From NCBI RefSeq assembly GCF_006345805.1, contig NC_042998.1, positions 62,868,001 to 62,932,000 on the forward strand: a stretch of DNA of 64,000 nucleotides, read 5' to 3'. Position 1 is the first letter of the stretch. The number at the start of each line of letters is the position of its first letter. Of the stretch, positions 52,129 to 64,000 are shown piece after piece. The position numbers and the translations under genes are program-made. The stretch is from Octopus sinensis (lineage: Eukaryota). The notes beneath the pieces were generated by a model. That model had not been told where the DNA came from, ran no database searches, and saw nothing but the letters and a program-made list of their open reading frames with translations.

Positions 52129-53046
52129 CAGTTTTTCGTGAGGAATTCCTTTTTAGAAATTGTCGATGTTTTCTATAGAGTCAAACCAAGACAATAATAT
52201 TGGCTGACATAGAACTACATACATTTTCATCAATAGTGAATAAGATATAAATCTGACAGCGCAGATTCCAAGGATAACAGGAAAACACTTACAAAGCAGC
52301 TTTTAACATTCCCACAGGAGACAAACAGATTCAATAGCAACACTTTAACCAAACCAACTCTACATTCAGCTAGGATGCAAAGCGGCGACCTCATATGGAT
52401 GGCAAATAATATGACAATTCACACTCATACATCACTCTTAACAAAAACAAGTAAATCCAGAGTGAAAATAACATTTCTCAATAAAAATGATCATGTGAGT
52501 TATTACATCTTCAGGCCGTGTAGTCATGAGTCCAAATGCTATTGTAATAATTTGCAGTTTTCTCATATGTCTTTATTTTGTTTTTATAATTTTTTTCAAG
52601 GAAAACTCGTGTTAATAACTAGTATTAACACAATTGTAACATCTACATGAAATATCGATGACCCAATCAATAAGATTTTGAACAGCGGTCTAAACTTGCC
52701 ATCTACAAGTAAGTGCAGTTGCTGTTATTGTTGTTGTTAGCAGAACAATGATTAATGACATTCCAACCATAACCATCTTGCCTTTTTTTAGGTGCATAAT
52801 ACTAATTGTGCTTTAAATTGCAACGGATTTAAGTTGTGGTGAATGGGCTTTTATTTCTAGCTTCTTGTGAGACCATGTAAACAATCACTCATCAGCTGGT
52901 TGGTTCATGTATTTTCATCGTAATTAACCGAGACCATACAGAAATTCTTTCTAAGAGTAAATTTATTTATGTGGTTGTACAGATGGCCAAATTTACGAAT
53001 CGAAGCTCAAGTATGTTTCTATATGTGTTAAGTATATATATACTCT

Positions 53047-53297
53047 TCGACCCCAGGACTTATTCTTTGTAAGCCTAGTACTTATTCTATCAGTTGTCAA
53101 GACACACAAACACACATGTATACGTATACATATATACGTTGGGCTTCTTTAAGTTTCCGTCTACCAAATCCACTCACAAGGCTTTGGTCGACCCGAGGCT
53201 ATAGTAGAAGACATCCAAGATGTCACGCAGCGGGACTGAACCCGGAACCATGTGGTTGGTAAGCAAGCTACTTACCACACAGCCACTCCTGTGCCTA
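53047..53297 (-). mobile_element. SINE family 1 with internal deletions
   Basis: Reverse of the head taggcacaggagtggctgtgtggtaag and of the body. Confidence 0.85.
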
Positions 53298-53639
53298 TAT
53301 ATATTTATATATTTATTTATAATACACACACATAAATATATGTACACACACACATATATATTAGTTTAATTGGAATTAGTTTCCACTGAATATACTTGAA
53401 TTTTTAGGCTATATTTTTGATAGATGCTGTGTTTTCGCGGTTTTTTCGTGGCGCAAACTGTACCCTTGAAGTATAATGATATTTAAATCGAAATATATTA
53501 TGCTGGTCTTGCAAAATATTCTTTTACGCAACTGAATATTTAACAGCTGCATTTTTTTCCTGCAGAATATTCTCTTCTAAGCGATGACTTTGTCCATATG
53601 TATTTATGAAAATATTTTAAAGTAAATACTTCGAAGAGT

Positions 53640-53752
53640 TTTCATAACTTCATTCAACCCAACAGCTGTTTCAAAAGTTAAAATACAAGCATCATCATCG
53701 ATGCTTGCATTTAGAAGGTTGAAACAGCAGTTGAGTTGAATGGAATTCTGAA
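53640..53752. repeat. Imperfect hairpin (MITE-like)
   Basis: cattcaacccaacagctgtttcaa...caagcatc / gatgcttg...ttgaaacagcagttgagttgaatg. Confidence 0.7.
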
Positions 53753-54269
53753 GCACCAGTCCAATCTTTGCATTTTTACTACCCTATGTTCTATTAAACA
53801 CTGGCTTTAACCAATTTGTATATACACAAACTAATTCAACCTCTGATAATATAATAATGTATAACGACCGGCTAATGACTAAGCTCTTCGATACAATGAA
53901 TATAATCTATGGCATTTAGACACTAATGTATATAAAATTTAAAATATTGATTTAAAACAAAATAGAAATGAGATACGATTGAAAAACCTGGAAATGACAG
54001 GTGCCCATCTTTTCATCTAATTGTGGTGAAAATAAAAAATACAACCAAATGTCGTTTATGATTGATGCAGGATGTTTGAACAGAAGGTGAAGATAGCGTT
54101 TTGAGTTTTCGCAATTGCAGCAATAAACTAGAATGTCTGTACTACTTTATGGTTGATTGCCTTTTATCTTTACACGAAATGTATATTAATCCTTGAAACA
54201 CCAAACTTTGTAAAATCCCAGATTCATTTGTATTTCATATTTAAAATAAGACTATATGTTGCATATTTA

Positions 54270-54475
54270 GGCGAATGTAAAGAATACGTACACCTGGTGT
54301 TTAGGGATAGGGTTAGGGTTAGGGTTTAGGGATAAATTTAGGGTTTAGAGTTAGGGTTTAGGGTCAGGGTTCAGGGTTAGGGTTTAGGAATAGGATTAGG
54401 TTTCGGATTTAGGGTTTAGGGTTAGGGTTAGAGTTACGCCGGAGACAGGTGGTGTGCACATTCTTTATCTCCGCC
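54270..54475. repeat. Degenerate (TTAGGG/TTTAGGG)n tract (54300-54435) enclosed by imperfect 25-bp inverted repeats
   Basis: ggcgaatgtaaagaatacgtacacc vs the reverse complement of ggtgtgcacattctttatctccgcc (18/25). Confidence 0.8.
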
Positions 54476-54533
54476 CATATTTAAATGGTATGTGTGTGTT
54501 ACAAGTTCTGCATTGACACTTATATGTATATAA

Positions 54534-54571
<38 letters not shown>

Positions 54572-55702
54572 ATGCAACATATATATATATATGTCAGCCC
54601 ACACACACACATATGTATATATTCAGTCCATTATTTAAATTGCTTAGTTAGGAAGCATAGTCCATGCCTGAAGAACGTACTTGGGTTTCCATGTACATGA
54701 AACTATTAGTATTGTGGCTTATGCACATGAGGTGATTTTATAAAGCAATACTTTCACTCTCGCCAGAGGAAGTACTCTTTTTGCTGAACCTCATTTCACG
54801 GATGAATTCATTATAAATATATATATATATACAAACACACACATATAAATACATTTATACAAACACACACACACAGGAAATAATACTCTCGTCACCGTTG
54901 TCCTTGCACTACGTATGGTGTATTGATAGCTATTTTAATTTAATAGTACTTCAATTGCGATTACCTAAATATTATTCAGCCCGGCAGTTATTCGCAATAC
55001 TCGGGAATGCTTCCTTCAATATTTTCAATATCAGAGACGATATATAAAGTCTAGTCATGTGGCTACCTGCAAGTAAAGACATTTGACAATACCCAAAAAT
55101 GCGAAGACGCGTATGGTGTCCTCTCTAGCCGCTGCGTTGACGGTTTTTCCTCTCCCTCCGATATGTATTGTGTTTAAACACAGCACGTCCATAACAGATT
55201 TTTTATCCTGGAGAAAAAACCACAGTAACCTATCTGTCAATGGTGTATATACATTAAGTATTTGGCATAGATGGTTGTTTAAATTGAAAACTGCTTCCGT
55301 TCTGCTCATCGGATTATTTGTTCAGATGGCGGTTATTCGCAATATCAGTGATGAATTGTTCAGCAAGTATGATACCAATATAAATGTATTTAACTCTCTC
55401 TGCCTACTTTTCTAAGATCTGGTATATCTATTTTGTGTGCGTGCGTGTGTGTGTGTGTGTGTGTGTGTGCCTGCTTTTGTGTGTGTGTGTATGTGCGTGC
55501 TTGCTTTTTGTGTGTGACTGTGACTGTGTGAGAGTGCGTGTGTTTGCGTGCGTCCATCATTATATATATATCTATATATACATACACACTCACACAAACA
55601 TATGTGTGTGTGCTTTATGGTGTGTGTGTATTTATAAACATACAGTCACATATATATATATGTGAAGATGTATGTAAAAAGTATATATTTTTTTTCTTAC
55701 TT

Positions 55703-56092
55703 CTTGTTTCAGCTCAGAGCTGCGGCCATGCTGATGCACCGCCTTTTTGTGCTACCCTGTTATTACGAAGAACCTCCTCTAATATGTGGCACTTGGTGAA
55801 GAATGGAGATTGATATAGCTATCCTTATTTGCACCTCTTGCCGAGAGGTAGGTTCATCTGGGAATCTTGACAGGAAGATGTCGAGCTTTGATTTAAAAAC
55901 CGCTACATCTACTTTGTGCAAGTTCCTCAGACGCTTTGGGAGAATATTAAAAAACTGTGGGCCCTTGAAACCCAGGCTGTTGCAGAAGCTGGTCCTGGAG
56001 CGTGATGGCATTGCTGGGATCTTTGGCACTATGCAGTGTCGTCCCGTTCTAGCATTGGTGTAACTTACAATGCCAAAATTTGGCAAAATTCC
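55703..56092 (-). mobile_element. CR1-clade LINE, short 3' fragment (second subfamily)
   Basis: PNFGIVSYTNARTGRHCIVPKIP...DEPTSRQEVQ; tail gagctgaaacaag. Confidence 0.92.
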
Positions 56093-56108
56093 TATATATA
56101 TATATATA

Positions 56109-56149
<41 letters not shown>

Positions 56150-56218
56150 TATATATATAATATATATATATATATCTATATCATATATATATATATATCT
56201 ATATCATATATATATATC

Positions 56219-56273
<55 letters not shown>

Positions 56274-56281
56274 TTTTTTTC

Positions 56282-57783
56282 TCTAGTTTCAGCTCAGAGC
56301 TGCGGCTATGCTGATGCACCGCCGTTTTGTGCTACATTGTTATTACGAAGAACCTCCTCTAATATGTGGCACTTGGTGAAGAATGGAGTTTGATATAGCT
56401 TCTCTCATTTGCACCTCTTGCCGTGAGGTAGGTTCATCTGGGACTCTTGACAGGAAGATGTCCAGCTTTGATTTAAAAACCGCTACATCTACTTTGTACA
56501 AGTTCGTTAGACTCTTTGGGAGAATATTAAAAAGCTGTGGGCCCTTGAAACCCAGGCTGTTGCAGAAGCTGGTCCTGAAGGGTGATGGCATTGCTGGGAT
56601 CTTTGGCACTATGCAGTGTCGTCCCGTTCTAGCATTGGTGTAGCTTACAATGCCAAAATTTGGTACAATTCCTTCCAGGATCTTCCAGACGTATATCACT
56701 GCATACCTTTCCCGTCTTCTCTCCAGGGAGTAGAGTCTTAGCTGTTTCAACTTTTCCCAGTAGCTGAGCTGTTCCAAAGAGAGGATCTTCTTTGTGAATC
56801 TTCTCTGGATTGCTTCAAGGTCCGCTGTTAATTTTACAGTGGTGGGTGACCATAGGTGTGAGCAGTAATCCAGGCGGCTGAGGACGATTGCTCGCCAGAG
56901 GACCATCATGGTTTCTTTATCTCTGGTTCTGAATGTTCTTAGGATCCACCCAGCCAGTCGTCTGCACTTTGTTGCCATCCTGGTAATGTGCACTTGGAAA
57001 GAGGTATCATCACTCATGTCGATACTCAGGTTCCTCACAGACTTAGGCTCTGGGATTGAAATTCCTTGTGGACCGGTGTATCCTGTAAATGTAATATTCA
57101 GTTTTGGACGCTAATAGCGCAGGGCCTGGAATTTTTCAGCATTAAACTGCATATTATTATCCTCAGCCCATCTGTAGATTGAGTCCAACTCCTGCTGCAG
57201 GTGTGCAACATCGCTGGGATTCTGTATTTTCTGCGAGACTCTCGTCTGCATAGTTGGCCAGAGTGGCTATCCGAGCATTTGAGGGCATATCTGAGAGGGC
57301 CACTATAAAAAGCAGTCGTCCCAAGACAGTGCCTTGTGGAACACCGCTTACTATTTGTGTGTTCATAGAGGTGGCTCCATTAACCACTACTGCCTGACTG
57401 CTATCTTTCAGGAAGTCATGTAACCACACTCCAACTTTTCCAGCTATGCCGGGGTCACGCAGTTTGTGGCATATCATACCATGATCCACCTTGTCAAAAG
57501 CTTTTGCAAAATCAAGGTAGATTACGTCCACATTTGATTTGTTGAGTAACCGCCTCAACACCCAGTCATAATGTGTGTAAGAGCTGTGTCAGGCAGCTCC
57601 TACCTGGTCGAGAACCATGGTGGTTACCACTCAGCAAGTTATATTCCTCAAGGAATGCGATTAGTTTCTTTCTGACTATCCGTTCCATGACTTTGCTGAT
57701 GTGTGAAGTCAGAGAGATAGGCCTATAGTTTTTGGCATCTGCTCTACTCCCCCCTTTATGTATTGGGCATATTATTCCCCCCT
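56282..57783 (-). mobile_element. CR1-clade LINE, 5'-truncated (RT + C-terminus, second subfamily), frameshifted
   Basis: KNYRPISLTSHISKVMER, YLDFAKAFDKVDH, GVPQGTVLG, LANYADE, DYCSHLWSP. Confidence 0.92.
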
Positions 57784-57914
57784 TCATATATATCATATAT
57801 ATATATATATATATATCATATCTATATATATTACCAGACCACCACATATATATCATATATATATATTACCAGACCACCACATATATATCAATATATATTC
57901 CCTCCTTCATATAT

Positions 57915-57957
<43 letters not shown>

Positions 57958-58016
57958 TATATTATTATATATATATTCAATATATATATATATATATAAT
58001 ATATAACATATATATT

Positions 58017-61000
58017 ACCAGACCACCACAGCAAACAGACACAGGATGGACACCGCCGGCAACAACGTACACCTCACCTCGATACTCCTACTGAACATCA
58101 GAGGACTGCAAACACTCAGTAACAGGACAAAGATCCCGTTCCTGAGAGACTTTGTTGCATGCAATCAAGCATATGCATAGCACTTACAGAAACGCACCTG
58201 AAACGGACATAGCAGATGCGGAGTTACACATACCACAGTATGCTGTACTACGGACCGACAGGAAAGAAAGAGTCATGGAGGTGTTGCTATGTACATCCGT
58301 GAGGACCTCACACCCCAGGTCCTCTTGTCATACTCAAACTCGGTGTGTGACACACTAATTGTACATATTAGGCAACTTGATGTAGTTGTGTGTGCTACAT
58401 ATCGCCCTCCAGATGCCCAAGCCATGTGGGCAAGTTTGAAGACTGCCTTATAAAAATAGAAGAAATTCTAACCACATTAGAACAACACATAGGTGTGCTT
58501 CTTATGGGAGACTTCAATCTGCCCAATGTCAGATGGCCCGAGGCCTTTCTCTCCCAGGAATGACAAGATGTGAACGAGGACAGGCGAGGTCCCTCCTGAA
58601 CCTCATCAACACCCTGTACATGGAGCAGGTAATACTCCAACCAACCAGGGCAGGTAACACACTGGATCTCTGCTTCACAAATGACATGGATCTCATCCAT
58701 AATGTGAAAGTGACACCGACACTACTCTCGGATCACAACATGATAGAGCTGACCATGTACGGGCCAAAAGAGAGCACGGACATGCAGCCTACAAGAAACC
58801 CTCAAAATCTTCCAGCTTGAACTACCATAAGGCAAACTGGAAACAAATTGAGAAGAGATCCTCAAACAAAATTGGCCTAAATGTCTCTCCTCGCCAGACA
58901 TCGACGTGAAACTTCAACAATTCATGTCTGTAATGCAAGCCATATGCTACAAATGTGTCCCAGAGAGAAAGGCCACTGTACACAAGAACAAAATCCCCAG
59001 AGAGAGGAAAATTTTAATGAGACGGCGTACGAAATTTTCAAATCGCCTAAACAAACAGATTGAAAGCAGTGAAAAGTCCCGCATAAAAATAAAAATAAAA
59101 CTGTTGGAAATCGAAAAATGTCTGCAACTCTCCCATGAAAAAGAAAGAGCAGACAAAGAAGCCTGGGCTATAGAAAACATAAAATCTAACCCCAGAGCTT
59201 TCTACAAGTATGCCAAAGAAACAGCTACAGTGCACTGTAGAATAGGGCCACTCCTCGAAAAGGATGGCACACTTACAGGAAAACCAATGAGGGTAAGTGA
59301 AATACTGAATGAGCAATTCAAGAGTGTTTTCACTCCACCGCTTGGGCATCTCCAAATCACCAATCCAACTGACTTTTTTACCACTGCAGATATAAAATCA
59401 GAGGCGGCGACGATAGATTACATCGATATAAAGGAAGGCGATGTAACCAGGCTATAGATGAAATGAAAACAGACTCAGCTACTGGCCCCGATGGATTCCC
59501 GGCAATCCTCCTAAAAGCATGTAAGAGAGTCTAGCAAGACCACTGCAGTTCCTCTTTCAGAGCTTCCTTGCAGCTGGCAAACTTCCAGGAAAACTGAAGG
59601 AAGGTAAAATATGCCCCATTCATAAAGGAGGTAGCAGAGCGGAAGCCAAGAACTATAGACCTATCTCTCTGACCTCACACATCAGCAAGATCATGGAACG
59701 AATAGTCAGAAGGAAGCTGATCACCTTCCTGAAGAGAATGACTTGCTGCCCGACACCCACATGGTTTCCGACCAGGGAGAAGCTGTTTAACTCAGCTCCT
59801 ACAACACTATGACTGGGTGCTGAAACGGCTGCTCACCCACTCAAATGTGGAAGTGATATATCTCGACTTTGCAAAGGCCTTTGATAAAGTCGATCATGGA
59901 ATGATATGTCACAAACTGCGTGATCTCAACATAGTTGGAAAACTGGGAGAATGGCTTCATGACTTTCTGAAGGATAGAAGTCAGGTGGTAGTAGCCAATG
60001 GGGCCACCTCCATTAACACACAATAGTGAGCGGTGTTCCGCAGGGCACTGTTCTGGGACCACTACTGTTCATAATGGCCCTCTCAGACATGCCCTCAGCC
60101 ACGCAGAGAGCCACGATCACAAGTTATGCAGATGATACAAAAGTTTCACAGGCAATACAGAACCCTGAGGACACTAAACACCTGCAATGTGAGCTGGACG
60201 AAATATATAAGTGGGCTGAAAAGAATAGCATGCAGTTCAATGCTGGAAAGTTTCAAGCTTTATACTATCAGCATGCAAAACTGAATGCAATACCCAATGA
60301 ATACACTGGACCCGGAGGGATTGCAATCCCAGAGGCACAATCAGTGCGTGACCTGGGTATTCACATGAGTGATTACGCGACCTTTCATGTACATGTTGCT
60401 AAACTGACAATGAAATGTAGACGGCTGGCTGGATGGATTCTTAGAACCTTTAGAACAAGAGAACAAGAAACCATGATGGTCATCTGGAAGACACTTGTCC
60501 TAAGCCACTTTGACTATTGCTCTCAGCTATGGTCACCATCCAGTGTCAAGTTGATCACAGAACTTGAGGTGATCCACGAAGCTACACAAAGAAGATAGCC
60601 TCTATGCAGAATGTAAGCTACTGGGAAAGACTCAGAGATTAAAATTATATTCCCTGGAGCGTAGGCGGGAAAGATATGCCATAATATACATCTGGAAGAT
60701 CCTGGAGGGAAGTGTCCTGAACTTTGGCATCGAGAGTTACGCAAATGCCAGAACTGGGCGCCACTGCGTGGTGCCTAGGACTCCAAACCTGCCATCAAGA
60801 TGTAGGACGAGATCTGTGATAGCCTGGGCTTCCGAGGCCCACTCTTCAATATCCTCCCGAAGAACCTGAGAGACCTGCATGGGGTGGATACAGATGTCTT
60901 TAAAATGAAGCTGGATCTCTTCATGTCAGGTGTCCCAGATGAACCAACTTCACGGCAGGAGGGGCAGATGAGGGCAGCTGCATCGAACTCTCTCATGCAC

Positions 61001-61099
61001 CAAATAGCAGTTGCTAGAAAGCCTCCATGAAGTGAAACCAAGTAGCAACACCAAATGGCGGTGCCCCAGCATGGCCACAGCTCATAAGCTGAAACTAGA
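58017..61099 (+). mobile_element. CR1-clade LINE, essentially the whole ORF2 (APE + RT + C-terminus) with frameshifts; (ATCA)n tail
   Basis: SILLLNIRGL, YRPP, MGDFNLP, GNTLDLCF...SDHN (APE); GPDG, NYRPISLTS, YLDFAKAFDKVDH, GVPQGTVLGPLLF, YADDTK (RT); 3' end gctgaaactaga at 61099. Confidence 0.93.
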
Positions 61100-61204
61100 A
61101 TCAATCAATCAATCAATCAATCATATATATATAATATATCTATATATCATATATATATCATATAGATATATATATATTATATATCATATATATATATATA
61201 TATA

Positions 61205-61239
<35 letters not shown>

Positions 61240-61309
61240 TCCATCTTTCTCTCGTTGTTTACGTATTCCATATTGTTGCAAATTGGTGACGTCCTGTACC
61301 CATATATGC

Positions 61310-61371
<62 letters not shown>

Positions 61372-61389
61372 TTAAATATATGTGTGTAA

Positions 61390-61420
<31 letters not shown>

Positions 61421-62063
61421 ATAATTTTATTATCATCATTATTATTATTGTTATTGTTTTTATCATTTAAACGCGACACATCCATTTCCAAGTTTATCTT
61501 CACCTTTTTGATGCGACTCTATTTTATACTGCTTTCTCTCTCCGCCCTTCTCTAATTCCCTTTTTATCCCCCTCCATCTTTTACTGTTTTCTATCTCCTC
61601 CTTCTTTTTTTCTCTCTCGTTGCTCACACGTGATCATCTTCCATCTTTCTTTTTCTGCACGGACGTTTAATGAGTGGAGGTTTTTTTCTCTCTCTCTTAT
61701 CTTTTCACTTTTCAACAAAAATATTTCACTAAGCGTTCACTATTTTCCTCTCGTTCTCGTTTAACGACCCTTCATGCTTGTTTTCGTTTGGTTTCCTTGA
61801 CGTCTCCAGTGTCCTGTTTTTGTTCCCAAATTTGACCCTCCATAAGTCCTAAATTTTATTTTAGAATTTACGGGAGTAACTGACTTCGAAGACTCATATT
61901 GTCATTGAATGCTCGAAACGAGGAATAGATAGACAGCTGAAACTGATGAGTTTACTTATCCTGGTTTCTAGTTATTGCTGTTTATGTATTTCATATTGTT
62001 TGCACAGTTGGTGACGTCCTGTAACTATATATTGTTATTATTATCATCATCATCATCATCATC

Positions 62064-62097
<34 letters not shown>

Positions 62098-63085
62098 TAT
62101 TATTATTATTATATATATATATTATATATATTATATATATATATATTCATATATATCATTTCATATCATATACATTAACGTCAAGGCTAGAATTGCTTTG
62201 ATTATAAATCAAATCATTCAACACTCTAACCAAAAACTAATCAACAAATAAATTAATGCGATAAATTTCCTGTGAACAGAAAGAAAATATATTTTTGAAT
62301 GTGCACCGCAAGACTCTACTAGCTTCAATTTTCATTAATATATAAACATATTAGTATATATGCAATTTCACTTCAACATTACTATCGTTTTCTTGTCACA
62401 CTTGTGTCTTCTTGTTAATTTTTAATTGTTTCATTGTCTGCCATGTAATGGCTTAGATTCTGCATTCGCACTATTTCTTTTGTTGCAGTATACTTTAAGC
62501 GTAGTTGCGGATGTCATTTTATTGCTCATCACATATTATTCGTTATATGATAGAAATTCAATCCAAGGAAAATCCTTGTTATATATTTAACTGCCTCTGT
62601 TAATCTGTCCCTTGCCTGTCTTCCTGCGATCCTGTGATCCGGTCCGTATAACTTGTGTGAGAGTGCGAGGTCATATGTGTGTATGTGAGAGTAAGTGTAT
62701 ACGACATATATATATCATCTGGGTAATTACTACTTCCGAGTGTCTGCTAGCTACGAAACTTGCGTAGAGTGGACTTTCTCTACTACATTCCCTAATTTGG
62801 ATTTTTATTCGCATACACAGCCACCACAACTGCTACCCGTGAACTATAAAATAAATTTTACAAGCTTATCGAACTTTGATATGAGAAAAAATTACAAGTT
62901 TCTCACACGCAGTCAAGACTGTGCTTTAGATATATATATATATATATATATAATATATATAATATATATATATATATATATACAACGACTTCTTTCAGTT
63001 TACGTGCTATGCAGCGGACTGAACGAACCCGGAAACGATTGTGGTTTGGAAGCAAGCTTCTTACTAACACAGCCACTCCTGCGCC

Positions 63086-63116
<31 letters not shown>

Positions 63117-63660
63117 TTATATAGATATATATAATATATATAATATTATATATATTATATATATATATATATATATTATATAGATATATACTCAATATAA
63201 AATAGTGTACAGTTAAACACAATAGAAATTACCTTTAACAGGTCCTTTACACGGAGAAAGCGGTTAAAACGACCGAAATCACATCTAAGAGCAATTTCGA
63301 GGGGAATGAAAAATAAAAACTTTTACCTTGTTATTTTTTTACGGTTATATCTAGGTTTAAAATTTTTTTAACAAATAAAATAATTTGCCAGGCGAAATTC
63401 TCATCCGTAACCGCTCCATAACATTAACATATAATTTAGAGACAAATAACACAGGTCTCATCGTTATATGTTATAAGTTTTCAAGTTCACCGCGCAGGCG
63501 CAGTTCCAGTCGGCAGTAGATGAGAAATGCCGAACCGATATTCGAAAAGCTAAAATCGTATACGTAAAATATATAGAGTAGCGATTATTTATAGAAATTT
63601 TACTACTAGTGGCCTAGCATGTATAAAAAGTCTATAGACAACATATTCTCAATATAATAT

Positions 63661-64000
63661 TTACTCTTTACTCTTTTACTCTTTACTTGTTTCAGTCATT
63701 TGACTGCGGCCATGCTGGAGCAACCACCTTTTAGTACTTATCTATCGGTCTCTTTTTGCCGAACCGCTAAGTGACGGGGACGTAAACACAACAGCATCGG
63801 TTGTCAAGCAATGCTAGGGGGACAAACACAGACACACAAACACACACACAATATACATATATAACATATATACGACAGGTCTTCGTTTCCGTCTACCAAA
63901 TCCACTCACAAGGCATTGGTCGCCCGGGGCTATAGCAGAAGACACTTGCCAAGATGCCACGCAGTGGGACTGAACCCGCACCGTGTGGTTGGTAGCAAGC
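63661..64000 (-). mobile_element. SINE family 1, running off the window end (a fragment also lies at 62985-63087)
   Basis: (ttttactc)n tail, cagtcatttgactgcggccatgctggagc, body. Confidence 0.9.

Noticed and set aside
52850-52896. Minus-strand CTGATGAGTGA...TCAC
   Set aside because: GAAA is missing after the stem; insufficient support.
54300-54435. True telomere or fusion scar
   Set aside because: The tract is short, degenerate, single-orientation, internal and enclosed by IRs.
55055-55309. HIGGRGKTV resembling the Merlin/IS1595 IGGPGxxVEIDES motif
   Set aside because: The catalytic DES is absent and I found no TIRs; too weak without an HMM search.

Overview
This is AT-rich animal genomic DNA, most likely a cephalopod such as Octopus (inferred from the SINE families and extreme microsatellite load). 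I found no supportable host protein-coding exon; the long ORF calls are microsatellite translations or transposon remnants. The window is a mosaic of (TA)n, (ATCT)n, (TAA)n and (CA)n tracts carrying: a nearly complete but inactivated Tx1/L1-type LINE, five CR1-type LINE pieces, an R4/Dong LINE 3' end, RTE fragments, a Helitron remnant split by a CR1 insertion, maT (DD37D) and mariner remnants, three SINE families and several fold-back hairpins. The most interesting signal is not in the ORF track: a set of type I hammerhead ribozyme motifs of the Penelope-like/retrozyme kind. Two are complete (41350-41431 +, 48084-48155 -), two carry a compensated U3-A8 core, one repeats in each unit of a 541-bp tandem/fold-back array, and an inverted pair bounds a ~550-bp module. 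The commonest SINE shares a 42-nt 3' tail with the CR1 LINEs, with compensatory stem-loop changes. Different retroelement clades sit in different microsatellite types. All structure calls were made by eye and need computational and experimental confirmation.
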